64,000 nucleotides of DNA, taken from positions 100,887 to 164,886 of the forward strand of contig DHJC01000015.1 of the NCBI GenBank assembly GCA_002404155.1, written 5' to 3'. Every line of letters begins with the position of its first letter. Positions within the stretch are counted from its first letter, which is position 1. Source of the DNA: Chloroflexi bacterium UBA4730 (lineage in GTDB: Bacteria; Chloroflexota; Limnocylindria; P2-11E). The position numbers and the translations under genes were made by a program. Shown one piece after another: positions 55,513 to 64,000 of the stretch. The notes beneath the pieces are model-generated. The model saw only the letters and a program-made list of their open reading frames with translations, was not told the DNA's origin and searched no databases.

Positions 55513-56321
55513 GCACGCTCGCCAGGACGGCCGACCGCGGAACGATCGTGCGCGTGGTCTGCGTGCGCGAGTGGCGCGAGTCGCTCGGCAACCGGCTCTT
55601 GGTCGGCATGACGGTCTTCCCGCCGCTCGTGATCCTGGCCACGGGCATCGCCGCTGTGGCGACGGCCGCGCTCGTGCCCCCCAGCGAAAAGGACGTCGCC
55701 GCGCTGTACGCGGCGTCACCCGCGGTGATCGGCCTCGACCCGAAGGACGCGGTCCAGGGGATCATCGCGACGTACTTCCTCATTTTGTTCATGCTGATCC
55801 CAACAGTCGTGCCGCTCACGATCGCGATCTACTCGGTCATCGGCGAGAAGTCGGCGCGCACGCTCGAGCCCCTGCTGGCGACGCCGGTGCGGGTCGGCGA
55901 GCTGCTCCTGGCGAAGAGCCTCGCATCGGCGATCCCCGCGGTGATCGTCACGTGGCTCGCGTACGGGATCTATCTGAGCGCGGTGAGCATGCTCGGCAGC
56001 GCGGCGGCGGTGCGCGCGGTGACCGCGCCTCGCTGGATCCTCGCGATCATCGTGATGGTCCCGCTGCTCACGCTCCTCTCGGTGAACCTCGGGATCCTGA
56101 TCTCGACGCGCGTGAACGACGTCCGCGTCGCGCAGCAGGTCGGCGGTCTGGTCGTCGTGCCCGTCGTGGGCATCGGCATCCTGCAGGTGACGGGACGCGT
56201 CGTGCTGAACAACGAGTCGTTCGTGGGCACCGCGATCTTCCTGCTCGTGTGCGACGTGCTGGTCTTCCTCCTGGCGCGGGTCGCGTTCCAGCGGGAGAAC
56301 ATCCTCAGCCGCTGGCGCTGA
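55509..56321 (+). CDS. ABC-2 type transporter permease
   Basis: The GTG overlaps the ATPase stop (GTGA). Six hydrophobic segments. Confidence 0.8.
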   Translation: MSTLARTADRGTIVRVVCVREWRESLGNRLLVGMTVFPPLVILATGIAAVATAALVPPSEKDVAALYAASPAVIGLDPKDAVQGIIATYFLILFMLIPTVVPLTIAIYSVIGEKSARTLEPLLATPVRVGELLLAKSLASAIPAVIVTWLAYGIYLSAVSMLGSAAAVRAVTAPRWILAIIVMVPLLTLLSVNLGILISTRVNDVRVAQQVGGLVVVPVVGIGILQVTGRVVLNNESFVGTAIFLLVCDVLVFLLARVAFQRENILSRWR

Positions 56322-57978
56322 TCAGGGCGTGGGTGGCGGTGTGCGCCCACGCGGCGTCCCACTCGGGGACGGCCGCGGGGCCGGGCTCGCGCCGCTCGGC
56401 CGAGGTACGGGCGTCCCGCGCGGGGCCGGCTGGGCCGCACTGTCGCGATCGTCGGGATAGGAGCGCGGCCCGGCGATCTCCACGGTGACGGTCTGGGTGT
56501 CGCTCACGCTCTTTCCCGCCTCACGCAGCTCGATCGCGAGCTTGTACGTGCCGCGGAGCGCCGGCGCGATCAACACGGAGTAGAACGTCCCGCTGCCCGT
56601 GCCGGTGCTCGCACCGAGCGGCGAGCTGCCGGAGGCGACGCTCTTGCTCGTCGCCGGGTCGATGGCCCGCCAGAACAACGCGTACGCGTGCGGGTCGCTG
56701 CCGGCCGCGGGCAGATTCGAGTACTGCACGACGACCAGCGTGGCCTCGCTGCGATGGAGCAGCTGCGGCACGCGGGCGATCGACATGACGAGGAATGCGA
56801 CGTGCACGTGGAAGGTGAACGAGCCGGTCGCGGCGCCCGCCGCCGCGAGCGCGTTGCCGTTGGCGTCCGTGAGGCCGACGGTCAGGGTGTAGTCGCCGAC
56901 CGCCGCGGGCGCGGAGAACGCGAGGTTCACCGCCGACGTCGCAGCGGGTGCCAGCGCCGGAAGCGGGATCGGCGCCGGCGCTGAGGAGACGAGCTTCTTC
57001 GTCGCGTCGCGGATGTCCCAGCTGAGCTTGACGCTGCCGGCGCCGCTCGCGGTCCAGGCCTTCGTCCCGGAGTTCGTGACCTGCATCGGCAGCGTCTGCG
57101 TAGAGCCCGCGTCGTACGCGAGGGCAGTCACCGGAAGGCGGTACCGGGCGTTCGCCGGCGGCTCGAGGACGGCGGCGTACACGAGCGCGCCGAGGCCGCC
57201 GAGGAAGTGGATGGCCTCCTCTTCGTCGCCGTTCGCCGTCATGCCGACGACGACGCGCGGACCGGATGGCGTGTAGATGATCCCGGCGTCGTGCGTGGCG
57301 AACCCGAGGTTGCCGGTCTTGTGCGCGACGACCGTGCCGTCCGGCAGCTCCGAGGGGAGCCGGTCGTTGACCTGCTGCCGCTCGAGCCTGGCGAGCATCC
57401 GGTCGGACGCGGCGGCGGACACGAGCTTGCGCTGCGCAAGGAGCGTGAAGTACCGACCGATGACGCGTGCCGTCGCCGTGTTGTCGTCGCTGTCGTCATT
57501 CGCGATGTGGAAGTCGCCGAGCCCGAGCGTCTGCATCGTTGCATTGATGTTGTCCGGCCCGAGCGAACGCCAGAACGCCAGCGCGGTGCCGTTGTCGGAC
57601 ACGGTGATCATCGCCTCGAGCGCCTCGTCGACGGTCATGACGGTGCCGGCGAGCTCGTACGAGCCGTCGTCGGTGATGTCCTCGGGCTGGATCTCGATGG
57701 TGTCGGTGTACCTCAGCGTGCCGGCATCGACGAGGCTCTCCACGTGGGCCAGGATCCCGAGCTTGTACAGCGAGGCGCTGATGAATGCGACGTTGTCGTC
57801 GTGGGTGTAGAGCGGCTGCGGCGCGAGCGGGTCGGCGATGTACACGCCGGAGTCACCGGGGGAACGACGTGACCAGCCCGTCGACCTGGATCACGAGGTC
57901 CGCCGTCGAGGCGGTGCTCGGGCCGGCGAGCGTCCCGAGCACCACGAAGATCGCCAGGCCGACCGCGAGCCCCCGCAT
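56322..57978 (-). pseudogene. class A beta-lactamase-related serine hydrolase with C-terminal Ig-like domains, interrupted by a frameshift at a G5/C5 run
   Basis: Catalytic motifs S-x-x-K (SASLYK), SDN and KTG (HKTGN) lie in ORF 56322..57845. The signal peptide MRGLAVGLAIFVVLGTLAG... lies in ORF 57853..58134, in another frame. Removing one C from TTCCCCCGG (plus strand GGGGG 57858-57862) joins ...VTSFP-GDSGVYIADP.... Confidence 0.7.
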
Positions 57979-58012
57979 CAATAGCCTGTAACGACGATCG
58001 GTCGCGGGTGTT

Positions 58013-58417
58013 TCACCCGCGCGATGCTGCCACGGCGTCCGCGGTCGCGGCAGTCCCGAGGCGCACCATTTCGCGGTATCCGGCCGGTGTCTCGTCCTCG
58101 AATCCGAGGAGGTGGAGGGCGCCGTGGGCGGCAAGGAAGGCGATCTCGCGAACGAGTGGCCGCTTCCGGCGCTTCGCCTGCCGCTGGGCCTGGGCCGCGC
58201 TGATCACGATGTCACCGACGTCGAGCTCGCCGTCGGCGTCACGGGTCAGCTGTCGTGCGGCCCGCTCGCCCTTCGCCCGCCCGACGGACTGCCCAAAGGC
58301 GAGCACGTCGGTCGTCCGATCCTTCTTCCGGTAGCGGCGGTTGAGTGCGCGCATGTCCTCATCGCGAACGAAGGCCACGGTGATCCGGGCATCGGCCGGC
58401 AGCGCGTACGGCTTCAC
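58013..58417 (-). CDS. ybeY: rRNA maturation endoribonuclease YbeY
   Basis: Zinc motif HGALHLLGFED. Confidence 0.9.
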   Translation of the reverse strand: MKPYALPADARITVAFVRDEDMRALNRRYRKKDRTTDVLAFGQSVGRAKGERAARQLTRDADGELDVGDIVISAAQAQRQAKRRKRPLVREIAFLAAHGALHLLGFEDETPAGYREMVRLGTAATADAVAASRG

Positions 58418-58482
58418 GGCGGTCCGGATGGCACCGCGGATGGGCGCGAGATCGCACGGCGGCTCACCGCGGAAGGAGAGTC

Positions 58483-60600
58483 TCAGGTGCCGGAGGCGCT
58501 CGTCGGAGGCGTCGCCGCCGGGGGCAGTCGGGCGATCCGATCCTCGGGATACGGGATCCGCTCGTGGTACACGCCCGCGAGCAGCTCGCGGAACGCTTCC
58601 TTCACGCGCTGCACGTCGCGGAGGGTAAGGTCGCAGTCGTCGAGCTGTCCGTCCGCGACCTTCTCGCTAACGATGCGCTCGACCATCTCGCTGATCTGTT
58701 CGGGCGTCTTCTCCTCGAGGGAGCGCACGGCGGCCTCGGTGCCGTCGGCGAGCATCACGATCCCCGCCTCCTTGCTGCGCGGCTTGGGGCCGGGATGGCG
58801 GAAGGCGGCCTCGTCCACGACCAGGCCGCGCTGCTGCGCGAGGGTATGGAAGAACCGGATGAGGCTCGTGCCGTGATGGCCCGGGATGATCTCGCGGATC
58901 TGCGGCGGGAGGCGATAACGGTCGGCCAGCGCGAGGCCGTCGCGGACGTGCGCTGAGACGATGCTCGCCGACACCGCCGGATCGAGCTCGTCGTGCGGGT
59001 TCGTCCCGGTCTGGTTCTCGATGAACGCGAGCGGGTTCCGCATCTTCCCGATGTCGTGGTAGTACGCGCCGACCCGCGCGACGAGCGGATCAGCCCCGAT
59101 GACCTCGGCCGCGCGCTCGGAGAGGTTCGCGACGAGCAGGGAATGGTGATACGTCCCGGGCGTCCGCAGCAGGAGCTGGCGGAGCAACGGATGGTTCGGG
59201 TCGGAGAGCTCGCGCAGCTCGAACACGGTCGTGATCCGGAACAGGTGGCCGAGCATGACGATCGCGCCGAACGCGAGCACGCCCGACGCGACGCCGCTGA
59301 TGAGCGCGGCGGCCGCGAGCTGCAGCGCGCCCAGCGTGTCGGCCGAGCGGCCGACGAACAGGAACGTCGCGATGACGCCGAGGTCGCCCAGCGCGACGTA
59401 GAGGGCCGCGGCCACGAACTCCCGGGCGGTGGTCGCCTGCCGGACCGCGGCCATGCCCAGAAGCGCAGGGACGAGCACGTACGCGACGAGCTCGACCTGC
59501 CCGGACATGATGCCGACGTGGAGCGCGCCCGCGATCTGGGTCGCGAGCGCGGTGCGCCCGCCCACAAGGATCGTCAGCATCATCGCGACCGCGGCGAACG
59601 GCACGAAGTACACGGCGACGATGTGTCCGGGGATGAGCGCGCGCCCCGCGGCCGTGATGACGACGAGGGACAGCGCCACGACCATGAGCTTGCGGTCATC
59701 GGCCCACGCCTCCTCGGCGTAGCGCTCGACGAAGAGCGCGACGACGCCGGCGATCAGGAGGGCCCAGCTCAGCAACCCGATGGCGCTCTTCCAGTCCGTG
59801 CCGGGATTCACGAGGCCGAGCGCGCGGAGCTTCTCGAGATCCTGCTCGGTCACGACCTGGCCGTCGCGCACGACGATCTCACCAGCGGTGACCTGCACCT
59901 GGACCGGCGCGACGTTGTCGCGCGCGGTCTGCTGCGCCGCGGCCGTGGCGTTCGCGTCGAAGCTGAGGTTCGCCTGCACGCTCTGCTTCAGCAGCTCCGC
60001 GCCGATCCGCTTCTGGCGGTCGGTCCAGGCGGGGGGCAGGGCCTTCGTCGTGTCGGCCCGCTGCGCGTCGAGCTGCTCGGGCCTGATGCCCTGCTGATAG
60101 ATCGTCCGCAGTGCCGGATCGAGCTCCTTGCTCAGCTGGTCGAACTCGGCCGCGGTCATGTCGAGCGCGTCCGTGGCCAGCGGCACGCTGAGTGCGACCT
60201 CGCTCAGCTTCGTGAGCGCCGCGATCCGCTGGTCGCGCGGCAGCGTCGCGTCGCCGCGCACCCGGGCGATGCCGGTGAGCGCGGCCTGGAGGTGCGAACT
60301 CGAGGTCACGACGACGGCCGGATCCGCGGCGTACACGCGCTGGACCGCCGCCGCGGCCTTGTCCCGCTCGATCTGGCTCAGCGCCTCCGAGGAGAAGGCC
60401 GTGGAGTGCGGCGCGCGGACGTCGCGATCCGCGACCACGCCCGCTTCGCCATAGGACCCGACCGCCGATGGGAACAACAGGGCGACCGCGCTGAGCAGGC
60501 CGGTGGCGATGACGAACGCCACGATGCGGACCCGCGGGTCGGCCTGGACCAGGGCGCGCACGTCCGCGAGCGACCGGGAACGAGGCACGAACCGGATCAT
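58483..60600 (-). CDS. 7TM-HD (HDIG) membrane phosphohydrolase, PgpH/YqfF-like
   Basis: 705 aa with an extracellular N-domain, seven hydrophobic helices and an HD domain (HSLLVANL...YYHDIGK). Sits in the conserved phoH-...-ybeY context. Confidence 0.85.
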   Translation of the reverse strand: MIRFVPRSRSLADVRALVQADPRVRIVAFVIATGLLSAVALLFPSAVGSYGEAGVVADRDVRAPHSTAFSSEALSQIERDKAAAAVQRVYAADPAVVVTSSSHLQAALTGIARVRGDATLPRDQRIAALTKLSEVALSVPLATDALDMTAAEFDQLSKELDPALRTIYQQGIRPEQLDAQRADTTKALPPAWTDRQKRIGAELLKQSVQANLSFDANATAAAQQTARDNVAPVQVQVTAGEIVVRDGQVVTEQDLEKLRALGLVNPGTDWKSAIGLLSWALLIAGVVALFVERYAEEAWADDRKLMVVALSLVVITAAGRALIPGHIVAVYFVPFAAVAMMLTILVGGRTALATQIAGALHVGIMSGQVELVAYVLVPALLGMAAVRQATTAREFVAAALYVALGDLGVIATFLFVGRSADTLGALQLAAAALISGVASGVLAFGAIVMLGHLFRITTVFELRELSDPNHPLLRQLLLRTPGTYHHSLLVANLSERAAEVIGADPLVARVGAYYHDIGKMRNPLAFIENQTGTNPHDELDPAVSASIVSAHVRDGLALADRYRLPPQIREIIPGHHGTSLIRFFHTLAQQRGLVVDEAAFRHPGPKPRSKEAGIVMLADGTEAAVRSLEEKTPEQISEMVERIVSEKVADGQLDDCDLTLRDVQRVKEAFRELLAGVYHERIPYPEDRIARLPPAATPPTSASGT

Positions 60601-62642
60601 TCGGGCGACCTCTCGTGCCGATCGTACGCGTGCACGATCCGCGCGACGAGCGCGTGTCGGACGACGTCTCGTTCGTCGAAATCGACGAAGGAGATGCCTT
60701 CCACGCCCCGCAGGATCTCCCGCGCGACGGCCATCCCGGACTTTTGTCCCTCCACGAGATCGACCTGCGTGACGTCCCCGGTGACGACGGCCTGCGATCC
60801 GTAGCCGAGGCGGGTCAGGAACATCTTCATCTGCGGCGCTGTGGTGTTCTGCGCCTCGTCCAGGATGATGAACGCCTCATTAAGGGTGTTGTGCGTCACC
60901 AGGAAGTCCTCCGTGACATACAACGAGTCCCCGGCCGCGACACGAATACAGACCGTCTCCTGCTCCCCGGCCGGCGCGATGCTGTCGATGAATCGCATCG
61001 GACGGCCGCCGCCGGTCACGTTGTACAACTCGAGCTTCTGAGTCAACCGGAACGGGGCGATGCCTTCGGGAAGGCGGATATCGAGGACGTACGAATCGGA
61101 GCGATAGCCGACTTCTCGCCCACGGGCCCGGCCCGGAGTCCGACCGGCGGCGAGTCGCTTCCTCCAGTAGGCCACGCCGCCCAACGACCGCACGAGGAAG
61201 AGGACGTCGTCCTTCAACTGCTCCGACGCGGTCGAGTACTGGACCCTGCAAGTCCGCTCGCGTTGCGTCACCGGCCCGCCGTCGGTATCGAGCAGCCCTT
61301 GTAGGACGGCGAGCCGCGTGGCAGACGAGTTGAACAGGTACGAGGCAGGCACGAACGTCGTGCTCGAGCGGGTCCCGGCAACGCCCAACTCGCGCAGGGT
61401 CGCGGTCGCTGGATTCGCCATGATCACGCCGCCACGGCCGCCGCCGCCGCTCCGGCGCAGTACGTAGTCGAGGTCCGACTTCCGAGCCAACTCGATCCCG
61501 GGAGGTGCCATCTCAAGCGCGAGGGCGAGTTCCGGGTCGGCGGTCGTGAACGTCGGAGTGGTCGTTGTCGTGATGCACCCATCCCCGAGCAGACGTCCGA
61601 GCGCGTACGGATCCATCGGGACGGCGCGAGCCTTCAGTTCGACCGGTCGGGAGACGAGGGGCAGCTCGAAGCGGTGGTAGTGCGCGGAACGCAGTCGCCC
61701 GATCATGTCGCGCGTCTCGACAATGCGCATCGGCTTCCCGCGCGAGCGGTCCTCGCGGGTCGCGACCGCCCAGAGGTGGTCCGCACAGCAGAGCGTCGAC
61801 GCTCCGTCTTGGGTGGCGAGGCGGTACACCGGCTTGCGTCCTTGCGGATAGACGCCGACGACCGCGGTCGGGGATCCGTCCGACCCGATGACGAGGTCGC
61901 CGACGGCGAGACTCCCTATCGTTCGGAAACCCGACGGCGTGACAACATTGCTGAGCACGGGTTGCGCGCGACCCCGCATGTAGGCGAGCGGCGCGACCTC
62001 GATCTCGCCGCGCTCCTGCGCGCGGGCCATGCGCTCCGCGGGCATGAGCTCGTACAGCGCGTCGTACAGCGGCCGGAGGTACGGATCGATCTTCTCCTGA
62101 AGGTCGCCGGGAAGGAAACCGAGGCGCTCGCCGGCCTCGACGGCGGGCCGAGTCAGGATCAGCCGCGTGACCTTGCGCTCGCGCAGCGCGTTCACGCCCA
62201 TCGCAACAGCCAAATAACTTTTTCCCGTGCCCGCCACACCTGTCGCGAACACGAGGTCGTAGGCGCGGATCGCCTCGACGTAACGGCGCTGGTTCTCCGA
62301 TTGCGGCGCGATCCGTTTCCCGGTGACCGTGGTCGCGACGTGCTCGCGAAGCTGCTGCGGGGTCGCGACCGGCGCTTCCTTCGCGTCGCCGATGAGCCGC
62401 TCGAGGGCCGGCCGGCGCAGGTTGTCGTCGCGACCCGACAGCGAGCGCATCGCGCCGACGAGGTCGCCGACGCGCGCGACGGACGCGGGGTCGCCGCTGA
62501 TCCGGAGCTCAGCCCCGCGCGCGACGATCTTCACGCCGAACTCGCGCTCGATGCGGTCGATGTTCGTCTCGTTCTGGCCGGCGACGAACATCATCTCGTC
62601 GGGGTCGGGGATGAGGATCGTGATCTGCTGCGCCTGCGCCAT
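60597..62642 (-). CDS. phoH: PhoH-like ATPase precursor containing an intein
   Basis: Walker A GVAGTGKS. The sequence ...APLAYMRGR is followed by a 360-aa insert, then TLNEAFIILDEAQNTT (Walker B). The extein halves are contiguous in canonical PhoH. Confidence 0.9.
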   Translation of the reverse strand: MAQAQQITILIPDPDEMMFVAGQNETNIDRIEREFGVKIVARGAELRISGDPASVARVGDLVGAMRSLSGRDDNLRRPALERLIGDAKEAPVATPQQLREHVATTVTGKRIAPQSENQRRYVEAIRAYDLVFATGVAGTGKSYLAVAMGVNALRERKVTRLILTRPAVEAGERLGFLPGDLQEKIDPYLRPLYDALYELMPAERMARAQERGEIEVAPLAYMRGRAQPVLSNVVTPSGFRTIGSLAVGDLVIGSDGSPTAVVGVYPQGRKPVYRLATQDGASTLCCADHLWAVATREDRSRGKPMRIVETRDMIGRLRSAHYHRFELPLVSRPVELKARAVPMDPYALGRLLGDGCITTTTTPTFTTADPELALALEMAPPGIELARKSDLDYVLRRSGGGGRGGVIMANPATATLRELGVAGTRSSTTFVPASYLFNSSATRLAVLQGLLDTDGGPVTQRERTCRVQYSTASEQLKDDVLFLVRSLGGVAYWRKRLAAGRTPGRARGREVGYRSDSYVLDIRLPEGIAPFRLTQKLELYNVTGGGRPMRFIDSIAPAGEQETVCIRVAAGDSLYVTEDFLVTHNTLNEAFIILDEAQNTTAPQMKMFLTRLGYGSQAVVTGDVTQVDLVEGQKSGMAVAREILRGVEGISFVDFDERDVVRHALVARIVHAYDRHERSPE
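60888..61967 (-). mobile_element. intein (360 aa) with double-motif LAGLIDADG homing endonuclease; class-3-like splicing residues
   Basis: Begins with Ala (AQPVLSNVVTPSG...) and ends ...FLVTHN, followed by Thr (+1). Block B-like CADHLW, block F-like ETVCIRV, block G THN. LAGLIDADG motifs are LGRLLGDGC and LQGLLDTDGG. A/T-richer codons than the flanks. Confidence 0.85.
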
Positions 62643-63052
62643 TACGCCTTCGGTCTGAGCAGCTCGCTCACGACGCGCGAGACCATCCCGCCATCCGCCT
62701 GGCCCTTGAGCTCGGGCATGAGCTTCTGCATGACCTTGCCCTGCTCCTTCGGGCCGGTCGCGCCCGTCTCCGCGATCGCGCGCTGCGCGGCCGCGCGCAC
62801 GGTCGCCTCGTCGAGCTGCTTCGGAAGGTAGGACTCGAGGATCTCGAGCTCCTTCGTCTCCTTCGCCGCGAGCTCGGGTCGGTCGCCCTTGGTGAACGCG
62901 TCGATGGATTCGTGGCGCATCTTGGTCTGCTTGCGCAGAACGACCTCGATCGCGGCGTCGTCGAGCTCGGCGCGCTTGGCGACCGCCTCGTTGTGGATGG
63001 CCGCCAGGGCGAAGCGCACGGTGTCACGGCGCGCGACATCCTGGGCCTTCAT
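62642..63052 (-). CDS. GatB/YqeY domain-containing protein
   Basis: 136 aa. DTVRFALAAIHNE...YLPKQL...GKVMQKLMPELKGQADGGMVS is the typical YqeY pattern. Confidence 0.85.
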   Translation of the reverse strand: MKAQDVARRDTVRFALAAIHNEAVAKRAELDDAAIEVVLRKQTKMRHESIDAFTKGDRPELAAKETKELEILESYLPKQLDEATVRAAAQRAIAETGATGPKEQGKVMQKLMPELKGQADGGMVSRVVSELLRPKA

Positions 63053-63107
63053 GGCAGCACGAAGGTCCTGCTCGAGGCGGTCTTTCAGCGTGGGTCGCTG
63101 CGGGGCG

Positions 63108-63275
63108 TCAGCGCTTGCGACGCTTGGCTTCCTTGCGCTTGCGTCGCGCCGCGGGGCGCTCGTAGTACTCGCGCCTGCGGGCCTCCGCGAGGATCCCAGC
63201 CTGCTGGATCTTCTTGTTGAACCGGCGCAGGGCAGCCTCGAAGGACTCGCCTTCGCCGATGATCACTTCGGACAT
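63108..63275 (-). CDS. rpsU: 30S ribosomal protein S21
   Basis: ATG 63275 gives [41 protein letters not shown]...KRRKR. Confidence 0.9.
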   Translation of the reverse strand: MSEVIIGEGESFEAALRRFNKKIQQAGILAEARRREYYERPAARRKRKEAKRRKR

Positions 63276-63430
63276 GCGGTCTGTAGGGTCACCCCGCTTT
63301 CGGTCATACAAGACGAAGCCGGCGTACCCCGAGGGCCGCCGACTTTCCGAATGATACGTCCTTCCCGGCGGGCCTAACGGTACAGATACGCACACCTGTA
63401 CCGACCGCAGAATGACGTCCGTGGCAGCCG

Positions 63431-64000
63431 TCGCCGTCGCTCTTTCCTATCTGGGCGGGTCGGTCTCGTTCCCCTACTGGGTCGCCCGGCGCCACGGCGT
63501 CGACCTGCGGGCGGTCGGCGCGCGGAAGCTCGGCGGGAGCAACCTCTGGACGAGCGTCGGCCCGGGCGAAGCAGTGGCCGGCGGGCTGCTGGATGCGGCT
63601 AAAGGGTTCGTCGCCGTCAGCGTCGCGCGGGCGCTCGGGCTGCCGCTCGAGATCCAGCTCGCCTGCGGGATCGCCGCGATCGTCGGGCAGATGTGGCCTG
63701 CCTTCCATCGCTTCGACGGCGGCCGCGCGAACTCGGCCGGCTGGGGCTTCGCGCTCGCAGTCGATCCGATCGCGTTCCTGATCATGATGCTGCCGGTCCT
63801 CGCGGCGATCGCGATGCGCGTCGCTGTGCGGCCGCGCCCGAGCCGCGTGCTTCCGCTCGCGGCGCTCCTTTCCTTCGCGGTGTTCCCCGCGGTCATCTGG
63901 GAGCAGGAGGGCACCACGCCGGCGGTCCTCGCGGGGATCGCGATCCTCGGGCTCATCGCCATCCGGCGGGTCACCGCCGGTCTCGGCGAAGACCTGGCCA
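63431..64000 (+). CDS. plsY: PlsY-family glycerol-3-phosphate acyltransferase (runs off the window end)
   Basis: Own translation from ATG 63431: [45 protein letters not shown]...LLDAAKGF...[17 protein letters not shown]. The PlsY motif pattern is somewhat divergent. Not in the ORF track because there is no stop in the window. Confidence 0.7.

Noticed and set aside
1-64000. Search for CRISPR arrays, rRNA and tRNA genes, and recognisable defence or toxin-antitoxin modules
   Set aside because: No regularly spaced direct repeats, no tRNA-like cloverleaf candidates in the short intergenic regions, and no nuclease/ATPase defence signatures were seen. Apart from the IS and the intein, the window is almost entirely core-metabolism coding sequence.

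Overview
Very GC-rich, densely coding bacterial chromosomal segment with about 70 protein genes. Most are on the minus strand, and many are joined by 1-4 nt stop/start overlaps (ATGA, GTGA, TAGTG). No rRNA, tRNA or CRISPR array was seen. All calls come from reading the sequence and ORF translations only, with no database search, and many start codons are uncertain.

Content is largely housekeeping:
- a BtuF/C/D-like ABC importer behind a cobalamin riboswitch
- a PGI/PMI - phosphomannomutase - epimerase - NUDIX sugar-nucleotide cluster
- proC and a Dpp/Opp-type peptide ABC importer
- a GNAT-ahcY-metK methyl-cycle operon
- a long pth-mfd-...-apt operon
- an SRPBCC-ArsR-SRPBCC cluster
- gltB-amt nitrogen assimilation genes
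- a GAF histidine kinase/OmpR pair divergent from an ABC-2 exporter
- the phoH-pgpH-ybeY operon, plus yqeY-like, rpsU and plsY

Most interesting observations:
1. phoH is split just before its Walker B motif by a 360-aa intein. It has class-3 hallmarks (Ala1, Trp/Cys/Thr triplet) and a double LAGLIDADG endonuclease.
2. A TlpA/ResA-like redoxin has an in-frame TGA exactly at the first redox Cys (WASW-TGA-GC), followed by a hairpin, making it a candidate selenoprotein.
3. A 1.39-kb ISLre2-like IS with 23-bp inverted repeats and a 6-bp target duplication sits between that redoxin gene and apt.
4. Several genes have no usable ATG/GTG/TTG start. Three have a CTG nested in the upstream stop (CTGA), and an ArsR regulator is boxed in by a TAG.
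5. amt and gltB share an almost identical 18-nt start-codon context.
6. Two genes carry apparent frameshifts, one of them at a G5 run.
7. An overlapping three-ORF cassette ends in a Dph6-like PP-loop enzyme.
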